A stretch of DNA of 32,000 bases. Origin: Candidatus Saccharimonadota bacterium (lineage in GTDB: Bacteria; Patescibacteriota; Saccharimonadia; Saccharimonadales; UBA4665). Positions 21,439 to 30,223 of this stretch are shown here, in pieces; position 1 is the stretch's first letter, and each line of letters opens with the position of its first letter. The DNA lies in NCBI GenBank assembly GCA_016700375.1, contig CP065016.1, positions 150,001 through 182,000 of the forward strand. Direction: 5' to 3'. The translations under genes and the position numbers were made by a program. Below the pieces are notes generated by a model, which had not been told where the DNA came from, did not search any database, and was given only the letters and a program-made list of their open reading frames with translations.

Positions 21439-23371
21439 AGCCGTATACATCGAGCAGGGTATTGATGAGTTCGGCGTGGCTCCATACCAGGGGGAGAACA
21501 GATAGTGGTTCTCCGGTGGTTGGGTTTATCTGTTCACCGAGGGCGCCGCTTGGCAATGCTCTTTCTAGTGTCCACGCGACAATTTTTCTGGCTTCTTCGT
21601 CTCGGTCTGTCTGGAGATAATACTGCGCAATCCAAAGCGTTGTTACGAACCAGGGGTTACCCATGTGTGGTGGGTCTGATTGGAAGTATGCATCATGCTC
21701 GTAACGAGGGCTGCCCCCGACTGGCGCTGAAGCCAGCAATAATTTTTCTATACCAGCGTACGTTGCGCGAATAGACCCAGCGCCCATAATCCTTGCCGCA
21801 AACATCATTGCTCCGTAGGCATTTGAAACATCGAGCGTGTTATCAAACTTGAGTGAGCCATCTTCTTGGATCAAGAAGCCTTTTCGCAGGTAGCCGCGTT
21901 CAGGGTCAAGGAAAACGGCCGTGTTTTCGGCAATGCCAGCGGCTACTTTGCGCCAGCGGTCTGCATCGTCCGGGTACTCGAACAGCTCAGCAAGGTCTGC
22001 GGCGCAGGTGAGGGCACGATGAACGAGGGCCGTTGTGTAAGTATTTGTAAGGAACTTTTCTTCCCATAGGTCATAGCTTGCATGTGGCAACCCGGTCGCT
22101 TCATCTCGGAAATCTGCCATAAAATTCGCCATGGGTTGTATCATGGTGCCGTATAGGTTAGAAACAAACTCTTTGTCTTCGCTTTCGGCAAAATATTCTG
22201 AAAGCATAAAGATTATGATGGCAGTTTCGTCCTCTTGTATAGCTAGTTCGGCTCGTTTACCGTGCACAAGCGGGTGCCAGGTGCTGCCGATTGCTTTATC
22301 TGGTTGGTATTTATGCATCATGTAGCCCTCGGGGTCCATGATATCGCGGCAGAATTCAAAGAATTTTTTTGGTTCCTCGGTGTAACCCAGCCGTATTAAC
22401 GGCCACATTGCGTAAGCACCGTCGCGTGGCCAGACGTAGCTATAGTAGTCGCGGCCATAGTTATAAATGCTCGAGTCGCAGCTGGCAATAACACCACCTC
22501 GACGGTCGGTGTGCGCCTTGATGACCATAAGAGAATGTTTAATTGCTATTTGCTCAGCAGTGGGCATATCTTGAATCGTAGGGCGAGCTGTTTCAAGCCA
22601 CTGGTTCCAGTACGCTCGGGTGCTATTTACTCGCTCTTGCACACCCTGGTTTAAAATGCGCTCATGAATCTTCTCTCCACTAAACTGTGAGTCTGCTGCA
22701 GCGACCCAATAGTCGACACGTGTTTCACTGTGAGCCTCAAGCGTAAGCGGACAGGAAAGTACAGAGTCTACCCCACCATGCTCAACGGCATTCCCCGACA
22801 GCTCGCCGTCCTCAGCGTCTTTCCAGCTACCTTCTTTTCCTTCCACGCCGTAACTTCCAACACAGTATTGGTCAAACGGCGTACCGTCGTTACTTTGCGC
22901 ATAGATGATAAGGCTGCAACGACCCTTGTAGTCGAGAATGTAGGGTCCATCGGGTACATATAGCGCCGTGTCGCCGCGGCCGCCTCGGGATATTTCAAAT
23001 ACCTGATGCAAAAAAAGACGTATGACTCTCTTTTTGTCACTAACGTTTTTTATAGTTATTTGTCTGCAAAATGCATTAAATTCGCTATCTACGAAGTCAC
23101 TGGTGTGAAGTTGCACACCCAGCGTCTTATTGTTCATGTGGACATCACTCACAAGCGCTTTTTGTTCGACGAGTACGTCTGTAGCCCAGCTTGAGGCATC
23201 ATCTACCCAAGAAAAAGTATTGTCAACGAATACTCCTATTCGGTGTTGAAGACTGCGTGAGGTCGTCAGGTTATCGAGCCCAACATACGGATAGTAGAAG
23301 TCATGAACCAATCCTGATTCGTTCAGGCCAACGGTGAGTGCGCCATTGCCGAGTATAACGGGTCTACCCAT
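21437..23371 (-). CDS. glycoside hydrolase family 15 (glucoamylase/glucodextranase-like)
   Basis: 644 aa. It has the N-terminal beta-sandwich region typical of bacterial and archaeal GH15 and an (alpha/alpha)6 catalytic region (..YSYVWPRDGAYA.., ..WEEKF..). Confidence 0.8.
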   Translation of the reverse strand: MGRPVILGNGALTVGLNESGLVHDFYYPYVGLDNLTTSRSLQHRIGVFVDNTFSWVDDASSWATDVLVEQKALVSDVHMNNKTLGVQLHTSDFVDSEFNAFCRQITIKNVSDKKRVIRLFLHQVFEISRGGRGDTALYVPDGPYILDYKGRCSLIIYAQSNDGTPFDQYCVGSYGVEGKEGSWKDAEDGELSGNAVEHGGVDSVLSCPLTLEAHSETRVDYWVAAADSQFSGEKIHERILNQGVQERVNSTRAYWNQWLETARPTIQDMPTAEQIAIKHSLMVIKAHTDRRGGVIASCDSSIYNYGRDYYSYVWPRDGAYAMWPLIRLGYTEEPKKFFEFCRDIMDPEGYMMHKYQPDKAIGSTWHPLVHGKRAELAIQEDETAIIIFMLSEYFAESEDKEFVSNLYGTMIQPMANFMADFRDEATGLPHASYDLWEEKFLTNTYTTALVHRALTCAADLAELFEYPDDADRWRKVAAGIAENTAVFLDPERGYLRKGFLIQEDGSLKFDNTLDVSNAYGAMMFAARIMGAGSIRATYAGIEKLLLASAPVGGSPRYEHDAYFQSDPPHMGNPWFVTTLWIAQYYLQTDRDEEARKIVAWTLERALPSGALGEQINPTTGEPLSVLPLVWSHAELINTLLDVYG

Positions 23372-23494
23372 GTTTTACTCCATAGGAGTAAAACATGGGA
23401 GAAGTAAGGAGTAAGGAGCGAGGAGTAAGGAATGAAAATTCCTGATCCCTTACTACTTTATGCTTACTGCCAGGCACACACCACCACGGCGACA
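23372..23494 (-). repeat. intercistronic heptad-repeat hairpin plus an SD/AUG-sequestering hairpin (GH57-GH15)
   Basis: On the + strand, AGTAAGG x4 (third unit degenerate) at 23403-23430 face CCTTACT-type units at 23447-23469. The apical hairpin is GGAAT-GAAA-ATTCC. The 15-bp stem 23367-23399 (CCCATGTTTTACTCC-ATA-GGAGTAAAACATGGG) covers the GH15 SD and start codon. Confidence 0.8.
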
Positions 23495-24748
23495 TCAGAC
23501 GGCTAGGCCTTTCTCGGTGAGGCGATACTTTAAGTCGTGGTACGCGTTCATGAAAGCAATATATGCTTCGTATGGGGTTTCGTAGGGGCTAAAGTAGGCA
23601 TGAACATCGCCGTCACTGAAGTATTTTGTGCACATGTAGTAGAAGTGGTCGCTGGTTTGGAGCTTGCGCCAATCTTCAATAAGGGCAAAATCGCCGCCCT
23701 GCATCATCGCTCCAGCCAGTCCATATAGGCTGGCGATGGCACCCTGTTGCATTTTGTTGCCGAGCCACGCCGTTAAATCACGTTCGGTATCTGCCCAGGT
23801 AACTGTCTGTGGGCAATCGACAGTATCCTGTGGCTCAAACGCATCGGCAGCTTCAGAAACCGTCATAAACGTATGAGCTTCATTGTGCAGCCACGCTTTG
23901 GGCAGGTGTTCTAAGAAGTCAAATATGCCGCTGTCTTCCCACTGGTGCTCGCCAAATGTCTCATAGTCCATAAATAAATTCAGCAGGGGCTGGTCCCAAG
24001 CGTCTTTCGTCCAATTCATGAATTTATCAACCGTCATGGGGTACTCTTCCCAGTCTTTGTTGCTAAACCGAAATGCAATATCGTCGCTTAGTTTGTAGTT
24101 TTTGGTAAGTAGCTTCACGCGTTCTGTGTGGGCTGGTCGGTATAAGAAATTGGGGCTTCGCCAGCCGAGAACCGGATCCCAGCCTTCGCTCAAGATAGCT
24201 TTGTAGCCAGCCTGGTCTGCCCAGTAGGCAAGGTCGTTGTTATAGCTAAGTTCGGTGTTACGGAATGCCGTTGTCTCAACGTTGAACAGGCGCCGCACAA
24301 TGTCTCTATGCATTTGCACCTGGGTTTCGAACTCTTCGCGGTTATAGAAGAACGCAAGCGAGTGGTGGTAGGTTTCGCCAACTATCTCGACACGCCCGGT
24401 TTGCACGAGGTCTTGGAAGCTCTTTAGTACATCGGGCGCGTAAGCTTCAAGTTGCTCAAGAACGGTTCCTGTAATAGAAAGTGACAGCTTAAACTTTGGG
24501 TTATGCTCAATCATGCGCATCAGCCGCTGGTTTGTCGGTACATACGATTTATGCGCAACCTTACGGACAATATCGGCGTTGTTTTCACGGCTGCCGCTCG
24601 GCGCCTCAAAGTAATCGTGGTTGCGGCCCGCATCGAAAATTGTGTAGTGGCGAATACGGAATGGCTGATGTACGTGCAAGTAAAGAACTATGGCGCGTTG
24701 ATTGGTAGTGTGCTCAGACATAGGCAAGCTCCCTGTGCTGTGCGGCAT
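23495..24748 (-). CDS. glycoside hydrolase family 57 (alpha-amylase / alpha-glucan-active)
   Basis: N-terminal LYLHVHQPFR motif and overall GH57 architecture. The alternative start at 24721 (MSEHT..) would overlap the upstream stop by 8 nt. Confidence 0.75.
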   Translation of the reverse strand: MPHSTGSLPMSEHTTNQRAIVLYLHVHQPFRIRHYTIFDAGRNHDYFEAPSGSRENNADIVRKVAHKSYVPTNQRLMRMIEHNPKFKLSLSITGTVLEQLEAYAPDVLKSFQDLVQTGRVEIVGETYHHSLAFFYNREEFETQVQMHRDIVRRLFNVETTAFRNTELSYNNDLAYWADQAGYKAILSEGWDPVLGWRSPNFLYRPAHTERVKLLTKNYKLSDDIAFRFSNKDWEEYPMTVDKFMNWTKDAWDQPLLNLFMDYETFGEHQWEDSGIFDFLEHLPKAWLHNEAHTFMTVSEAADAFEPQDTVDCPQTVTWADTERDLTAWLGNKMQQGAIASLYGLAGAMMQGGDFALIEDWRKLQTSDHFYYMCTKYFSDGDVHAYFSPYETPYEAYIAFMNAYHDLKYRLTEKGLAV

Positions 24749-25958
24749 GCCGTTGGTAGTGCTGCAGTACTGTCTCGACAGGTCGTTCCCAGCTTTGCTT
24801 CATAAGTTCGTCGTAGCCTTCTTCTGCGAGCGTTTCTTCGAGGTCTTTGTGGTTGAGGACTGCAAGTATTTTGTTTGCCATCTCAAGCGTATCCCAGTAG
24901 TCGACTTTGAGGGCACTGTGTAAGATTTCGCTGGCCCCTGTCTGTTTGCTGATGAGCGCTGGCGTATGCTGGGCGAGTGCTTCGAACGGTGTGAGACCAA
25001 ATGGCTCTGACACACTGGGCATAACAAACAAGTTTCCCACCCGGAACGCATCTCGCCACTGTTTCCCGGTGCCGTTGAGGTGTCCGGTGAAAATAACGTT
25101 GCCGCCGAGGCCAAGTTCCGCTGCAAGCTCAATCAACTCATGATATTGCTCGCCCGGGCCTACTATAAGCAGTAAGCTCTTTGGCCGCTTATCTACAACG
25201 AGCCGAAATGCCTCGAGTAGGTGCGGTAACCCTTTCTGGATAGTAAGACGGCCGGCACTAACGACTACGCCGTACCCGGCTTGCTGCATATGGCTCAGGT
25301 AACGAAACGCGTTGTCCGTAGTATCTTCGTACAGCTCGTGTGCTTGAAATTCCATTGCGTTATGAACAACTTCAATTTTTTCTGGTGCTATACCGTATTC
25401 TCGAACAATTGTGTCTTTGGTTGCTTGGCTGACGGCAAAGATTTTATCGGCCAAGTGAAGTCCAATATACTCAATTTCGCGGACAAACGGGTTGCCACTG
25501 TTGCCGCCAGCCCGGTCAAATTCGGTAGAATGAATGTGCACAAACAGAGGTAGTCCGGTGGCTTGCTTCGCTGCAAGCGCCGCTCGGAAGGTTAGCCAGT
25601 CGTGAGCGTGGATAACGTCGTAATCGCCAAGCCCCACTAGGCGAGAAACATATTTCATGTAGTTCGCCTGATGCTCGTTCATGGCAGCGCCTCTGGTAGA
25701 GCCGTCACTCAGGACATATTCAAAGTATTGGCTGTCATAGGTGCTCCCCGCGCGATTACCGATGACTTCTTCAACGTCTTCAGGAAGGGCGGGGTTGATT
25801 GTCATGAAATCTATGTGCGAAAAATCTGCTGTATAGGGCAACACAAACTCTATCTGTGCCCCGGTTCGTGCAAGTTGCTTGCACATCTGGTAACAGACTA
25901 TCCCCATTCCCCCGGTATGATGTGGTGGTAACTCCCACCCAAGCATTAATACCCTCAT
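24714..25958 (-). CDS. GT-B glycosyltransferase, glycogen/alpha-glucan synthase-like (GT4/GT5)
   Basis: MRVLMLGWELPPHHTGGMGIV.. is a glycogen-synthase-type N-terminus. The C-terminal E-x7-E region is PSVSEPFGLTPFEA. First gene of the GT-GH57-GH15 operon. Confidence 0.75.
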   Translation of the reverse strand: MRVLMLGWELPPHHTGGMGIVCYQMCKQLARTGAQIEFVLPYTADFSHIDFMTINPALPEDVEEVIGNRAGSTYDSQYFEYVLSDGSTRGAAMNEHQANYMKYVSRLVGLGDYDVIHAHDWLTFRAALAAKQATGLPLFVHIHSTEFDRAGGNSGNPFVREIEYIGLHLADKIFAVSQATKDTIVREYGIAPEKIEVVHNAMEFQAHELYEDTTDNAFRYLSHMQQAGYGVVVSAGRLTIQKGLPHLLEAFRLVVDKRPKSLLLIVGPGEQYHELIELAAELGLGGNVIFTGHLNGTGKQWRDAFRVGNLFVMPSVSEPFGLTPFEALAQHTPALISKQTGASEILHSALKVDYWDTLEMANKILAVLNHKDLEETLAEEGYDELMKQSWERPVETVLQHYQRHAAQHRELAYV

Positions 25959-26077
25959 GTCTGTCTCTCTGTTTTTACGCTTGTTTTTAAATTTTATAAC
26001 ATTGTTGTTTTATCAACTTTGATTATATTCTTATTCTAGACCAAGCACAAGCAGAATTGCAAGATTCTTTACAAATT

Positions 26078-27466
26078 TTAGACGATTTCATGGGCCGGTG
26101 CGCCAACAGGGTACACACGGATATTTTTCCCATCTGCCTCCCACGCCTGCAGGACATTTTCCACGATTCTCCATGAGGTCAGTACTTCTTGAGCGGTAGC
26201 AAAGAGCGATTGGTCACCTCGTACTGCATCGATGATTACTCGCTCATACGCCTCGCCAGCCAGCCCGTAAAACGCACGTTCGTAGTCAAAGTCCATTCGC
26301 ACGGTTTCAGTTTCTTTGGCGAGCCCCGGTCGCTTTGCTTGGAGTGACAGTGTAATTCCCTCTTGGGGTTGGACGCGAAAGGTAAGCGTGTTGGTGCCAG
26401 GAGCATCTTCGTTGGCACGGAATCGTACAATAATTTCGGTGCATTTTTCATGAAGAGCTTTACCGGTTTCTATGGTGACCTTCACGCCTCGCCACTGTTC
26501 GTTGTCGATGTTGAGATGTAGTCTTGCAAATGTTTCAACGTGACTGTGCGGATTTTCTACCTCAGCTTTGTAACTGTCATACTGTCCGCGCACGGCCTGT
26601 GTCTCCACAGCTTCCGGTGATATGGTGTCGATACTTTCAAGGAGACGTAGTTTTGCCCGGTGGATATCGTGGCTTTCGAGCGCAGCAGGCTTTTCCATAG
26701 TAATCAGCGCCAGCAGCTGCATAAGGTGACTCTGCAAAATATCGCGCAGCGCGCCAGTTTGTTCATAAAACACCGCCCGTTTTTCGATGCCGATGGTTTC
26801 GTAGGCAACGATTTGGATGCTTTCGATGTGTCTTGTGTTCCATATAGACTGGAACAGTGGGTTCTGGAACCGAAACGTTAGTATGTTCTGAGCTGTTTCC
26901 TTCGCCAAGTAGTGGTCTATACGGAAGGTTTGCTGCTCGCCAAAGTGCTCATCGGCTGCTTTTACTAGCGTCTCGGCTGAAGCCACATCGTACCCAAACG
27001 GTTTTTCGACGAGCAGGCGTGGACGTTCCCCGTCCTGCCCAAATGGTTCATGATGACCCGTTTCACCTAGGTGGTGTACGACACTCACGAACGCTTGGGA
27101 TGGGATAGAAAGGTAGTACAGCCGACTAACTCCCGGACCGAGTTCATCGGAAACAACGCGTAAGCTCTCGAGAAGACGTGCATAGTCTTCATTCTTGTCT
27201 AAGTCGACCTGAAGCATACGCGTGGCATCGTGCAGTTGTTCTACAACCGCTTTATCATAATCATCACCATGAATTTTTAGTTTTAGGCTGTCATAGACCT
27301 CGGAAACAGGCACCTTTTTACGGCTAATTCCGATAATTGCAATATTTTCTGGTAGCTGGCGGTGTTTGACCAGATGATAGAGCGCGGGAAGTAATTTTCG
27401 CTGCGACAAATCGCCAGTAATGCCAAATATAACGAGGATAATTGGCTTATTGAGATAGTCATTCAT
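26078..27466 (-). CDS. zwf: glucose-6-phosphate 1-dehydrogenase
   Basis: FGITGDLSQRKLLPALY NADP loop and the RIDHYLAKE active-site motif. Confidence 0.93.
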   Translation of the reverse strand: MNDYLNKPIILVIFGITGDLSQRKLLPALYHLVKHRQLPENIAIIGISRKKVPVSEVYDSLKLKIHGDDYDKAVVEQLHDATRMLQVDLDKNEDYARLLESLRVVSDELGPGVSRLYYLSIPSQAFVSVVHHLGETGHHEPFGQDGERPRLLVEKPFGYDVASAETLVKAADEHFGEQQTFRIDHYLAKETAQNILTFRFQNPLFQSIWNTRHIESIQIVAYETIGIEKRAVFYEQTGALRDILQSHLMQLLALITMEKPAALESHDIHRAKLRLLESIDTISPEAVETQAVRGQYDSYKAEVENPHSHVETFARLHLNIDNEQWRGVKVTIETGKALHEKCTEIIVRFRANEDAPGTNTLTFRVQPQEGITLSLQAKRPGLAKETETVRMDFDYERAFYGLAGEAYERVIIDAVRGDQSLFATAQEVLTSWRIVENVLQAWEADGKNIRVYPVGAPAHEIV

Positions 27467-28383
27467 GCTTTGCCCTCACCGTTCAGGTTATGGCCTCCAA
27501 ATTTGTTGCGCTGAGCGGCTACTACCTTGGTGGCAAAGTTTGTTTCGCCCTGCTGTGACCGGACACGGACATCAAACGCTGCCTGTATGGCAGGAAGGTC
27601 AATACCCATATCTTTCGCTGCCTCGAGCGTCCATCGCGCTTCGCCGCTTTCTGCCACGTAGCCAGATATGCCGTCGAGTTCGGGGTTCTCGGCTAGTGCA
27701 TCACGGCTCAGCTCTGTCAACCAGCTTGTAATGACACTGTGGTGCTGCCAGAGGTCAGCGGCTACGGCGAGGTCCATACCTTTATACGGGCCATCGTGCA
27801 GCATACGAAAGCCTTCGCCAAGGCTCTGCATCATGCCGTACTCTATGGCGTTATGCACCATTTTTACGTAATGTCCGGCGCCGCTCGAGCCAAATCGAGC
27901 ATACATACCGCCGGGTTGTACCAGCGTTTCGAGTGCGGGCTTTAGGTACTCAAAAGCATCGACATTGTCGCTGCCGCACATCAGCGGGAAGCCATTTTGG
28001 TAGCCCCAAACGCCACCGCTTACACCTATATCAACCATTTCCATGCCGGCAGCCGTGACTTTTTCGTTCAGCTTTTTTGTTTCGCGGTAGTCAAAGTTCG
28101 CGCCGTTGATGATGATAGAACCCTGGGGCAACCGTGTTGTCCATTCCATAATAATCTGTTCGGTGATTTCGGCTGGTAGCATCACCCACACAACCGCCCG
28201 GTCACTGCCAAATGCACCCGGGATGTCCGAAATAACAGGGAAGGGTTTCGCCCCGTAGCTAGCAGCTTCATCAATTGGTTCGGGACTGCGGTTGTGTGCT
28301 AGAACCTCGTGTTCGCCGCTTTCGGCCAGTTTGCGCGCTAGTTGCATACCCATACGGCCAAGGCCGTGAATCGCTATTTTCAT
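27463..28383 (-). CDS. gnd: 6-phosphogluconate dehydrogenase, short (decarboxylating, YqeC/GntZ-like) form
   Basis: MKIAIHGLGRMGMQLARKL Rossmann start at ATG 28383, with SD GAGAGGG upstream. The track ORF extends 53 codons further but overlaps pgl. ATGA overlap with zwf. Confidence 0.85.
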   Translation of the reverse strand: MKIAIHGLGRMGMQLARKLAESGEHEVLAHNRSPEPIDEAASYGAKPFPVISDIPGAFGSDRAVVWVMLPAEITEQIIMEWTTRLPQGSIIINGANFDYRETKKLNEKVTAAGMEMVDIGVSGGVWGYQNGFPLMCGSDNVDAFEYLKPALETLVQPGGMYARFGSSGAGHYVKMVHNAIEYGMMQSLGEGFRMLHDGPYKGMDLAVAADLWQHHSVITSWLTELSRDALAENPELDGISGYVAESGEARWTLEAAKDMGIDLPAIQAAFDVRVRSQQGETNFATKVVAAQRNKFGGHNLNGEGKA

Positions 28384-28396
28384 TGTGGCTACCCTC

Positions 28397-29071
28397 TCAC
28401 GTTTGTATGAAGTCATTATAGACGGTGACGTCGCTAATGTCATAGAGTATTTTTGCGGGAAGTTCCTCAACGGGTTCTTCGTTTTTCCGGAGCCGTTCCA
28501 GCGCCTCTTTTTTAGCTTCGCCGTAGGCAAGCAGAAATGCATTGTTTATTTTCAGGAGCATCGGTATGCCCAGCGTCATGCGTTCGTAGTCTGACCAGCT
28601 GTAGCCAACCACGGTGGAGGTTGTATCTGTTACGGCCGGGCTCCCCGGTAAAATGCCGGCCGTGTGTGCATCGGGTCCCATGCCGAGCGTCGCTACCACC
28701 GTAGTTGCCGTGGCGAATGCATTTTCTGCCAGCTGCGCGTAGTACGAAACAGTTTCGGGGATGGGCAGGTTCTTTTCAAGTACGTCATACCAAGTAGCAT
28801 CGCCAGGTTCAAATCCGGCCGCCCGCATCTGAGTGCTATTTGAATTTTCGTGTCCGTACTCCCCATACCGTTCGTCAACCGGCAGGATGGTTAGTTTTCC
28901 GAGCCAATCAGAGGCATCATCACGAAGGTGTTTCATAATCTCTACCTGTATGGTGGTCGCCGATCCCCCAGAGGTGAGCCAAAGAACTTCCTGGCCAGTC
29001 TGTAGTTTTGACGTGATATACGTGGTTATATAGGAAACTGCCTCGACTGATGTTCGTATCGAAAACTTCAT
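28397..29071 (-). CDS. pgl: 6-phosphogluconolactonase
   Basis: NagB/Pgl-family pattern (..LTSGGSAT.., ILPVDERYG). First gene of pgl-gnd-zwf. TATACT lies 7 nt upstream of the ATG. Confidence 0.8.
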   Translation of the reverse strand: MKFSIRTSVEAVSYITTYITSKLQTGQEVLWLTSGGSATTIQVEIMKHLRDDASDWLGKLTILPVDERYGEYGHENSNSTQMRAAGFEPGDATWYDVLEKNLPIPETVSYYAQLAENAFATATTVVATLGMGPDAHTAGILPGSPAVTDTTSTVVGYSWSDYERMTLGIPMLLKINNAFLLAYGEAKKEALERLRKNEEPVEELPAKILYDISDVTVYNDFIQT

Positions 29072-29107
29072 GTCCCTAAGTATAGCGTGCTAGCTTAGCG
29101 GAAGCCA

Positions 29108-29136
29108 TTGGAAATTAACCCCTAGAAAGGTATAAT
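29108..29136 (+). promoter_or_regulatory. tRNA-Trp promoter
   Basis: TTGGAA, 17-nt spacer, TATAAT (29131-29136), 14 nt before the tRNA 5' end. Confidence 0.6.
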
Positions 29137-29150
29137 CAATACTACTCTGA

Positions 29151-29226
29151 AGGAGAGTAGCTCAGTTGGTAGAGCATCGGTCTCCAAAACCGAGGGTCGC
29201 AGGTTCGAGTCCTGTCTCTCCTGCCA
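29151..29226 (+). tRNA. tRNA-Trp (anticodon CCA), CCA encoded
   Basis: Acceptor AGGAGAG/CTCTCCT, anticodon stem TCGGT/ACCGA, loop CTCCAAA, T arm GCAGG-TTCGAGT-CCTGT, discriminator G. Confidence 0.92.
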
Positions 29227-29246
29227 CGTCTCCTAAGATAGGATAT

Positions 29247-29274
29247 AAAAATAGGCCTCTGTAGGCCTATTTTT
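29247..29274. terminator. bidirectional intrinsic terminator
   Basis: AAAAATAGGCCT-CTGT-AGGCCTATTTTT. Confidence 0.75.
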
Positions 29275-29510
29275 ACTTCGTGCGCGCCCACCCGCGGCGG
29301 GTGAAGCGTCTTATAGAGAGACGACCGCTCGGCTTGCTATCTTGTGGCGCATGCCGCCGGCACAATGCCTGTTTGTTTGAAAGGTGTTTGTTTCAAGCGC
29401 CGCTTAAAGCGCACGAACTACCCTAATCATAAGCCTTTTCTCTTCCTTGTCAACCCCACTCTCACACCCCACCTCGATCAAACCCTCAATAACGCAATAT
29501 GTCATAAATG

Positions 29511-29544
29511 TACTAATAACCAACGCGTACGAGTTAGTTATTAG
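29511..29544. promoter_or_regulatory. 34-bp nested palindrome, copy A (overlaps the stop of the PaaX-like gene)
   Basis: TACTAATAACCAACGCGTACGAGTTAGTTATTAG. The arms CTAATAAC/GTTATTAG surround a central CGTACG. 30 of 34 positions are identical to copy B. Confidence 0.6.
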
Positions 29545-30137
29545 TCAAAACGAGTGTCGGGGTATTTTTGGGCAAAACGTTTAATAAGCGGCTTGTCATG
29601 AGCCAAGTGCGAGGTCTCAAAATAGCTTAGATACTTCTCTACCTTGCAGGCTTGTGCTAGCGCAGCGATGTCATCGAAACAAGGAAATGGCGTAATCAAG
29701 ACACTACGCTGTAGGTGAAAGCAGCCATAACGACGAAGTTTCATACGAATTTCTTGACGAGCTGCGGCATGAGTATTCGGTATGTCGTAAATGATGACCC
29801 GCCAGTTCTTATCCCAGACATCCTGCGGTCTTACCGTACGAATTTCTGCTTCGCGTTTTTGCAAACGTTTTCTTGCTTTCTCTGTAATTTCAAGGCCATG
29901 TTCGAAGTCTCCGACAAGGAATCCTTGGCTTTTCATGTACGAAACTACCCGCCTTAACTCACGGTTTCGCGTCAATTCATCGTCGCGTTTATTCAGATGC
30001 TTCGTCAGTTTCTCGAGAGGTTTCTCTAGCGCCAGTAGTGCGTTCGGTGCTAATACGACCGTACCAGCTACCGCAGCTAACACTCCAAACCGTATAACAT
30101 CATCAATAAACAAACTCATTGTCTCGTTTCGCGCCAT
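29541..30137 (-). CDS. PaaX-family / Cas2-fold domain transcriptional regulator-like protein
   Basis: WDKNWRVIIYDIPNTHAAARQEIRMKLRRYGCFHLQRSVLITPFP matches the PaaX C-terminal / Cas2-like ferredoxin-fold pattern. There is a hydrophobic N-terminal segment. The start is placed at ATG 30137 (alternatives 30119 or the track's 30173). Confidence 0.55.
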   Translation of the reverse strand: MARNETMSLFIDDVIRFGVLAAVAGTVVLAPNALLALEKPLEKLTKHLNKRDDELTRNRELRRVVSYMKSQGFLVGDFEHGLEITEKARKRLQKREAEIRTVRPQDVWDKNWRVIIYDIPNTHAAARQEIRMKLRRYGCFHLQRSVLITPFPCFDDIAALAQACKVEKYLSYFETSHLAHDKPLIKRFAQKYPDTRFD

Positions 30138-30173
30138 ACTAATAACATACTCGTACGAGTGAGTTATTAGCAA
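30137..30173 (-). promoter_or_regulatory. 34-bp nested palindrome copy B embedded in the promoter of the PaaX-like gene
   Basis: TACTAATAACATACTCGTACGAGTGAGTTATTAG (30137-30170), with a perfect central CTCGTACGAG. On the minus strand it reads TTGCTA (30168-30173), 18-nt spacer, TATGTT (30144-30149), 6 nt, ATG. Confidence 0.55.
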
Positions 30174-30223
30174 GGGGTGGATTGAACGATTGAAGGGTTG
30201 GAGGTGAAGCTGCGATTGTGAGA

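Noticed and set aside
28384-28542. 53-codon N-terminal extension of gnd in the ORF track
   Set aside because: It overlaps the 3' end of pgl in another frame. The Rossmann motif MKIAIHGLG starts at ATG 28383, which has its own SD.
29344-29544. 66-aa plus-strand ORF between tRNA-Trp and the PaaX-like gene
   Set aside because: It has a GTG start with no SD and lies downstream of a strong terminator with no promoter. It ends inside palindrome copy A, and its composition is driven by the pyrimidine-rich strand.
29511-30170. Insertion sequence or transposon defined by the two 34-bp palindromes
   Set aside because: No transposase-like ORF lies between them; the only gene is a PaaX/Cas2-fold regulator. 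The copies are direct, not inverted, and I could see no target-site duplication. An operator interpretation is favoured, and the cassette idea is kept only as an alternative in the findings.
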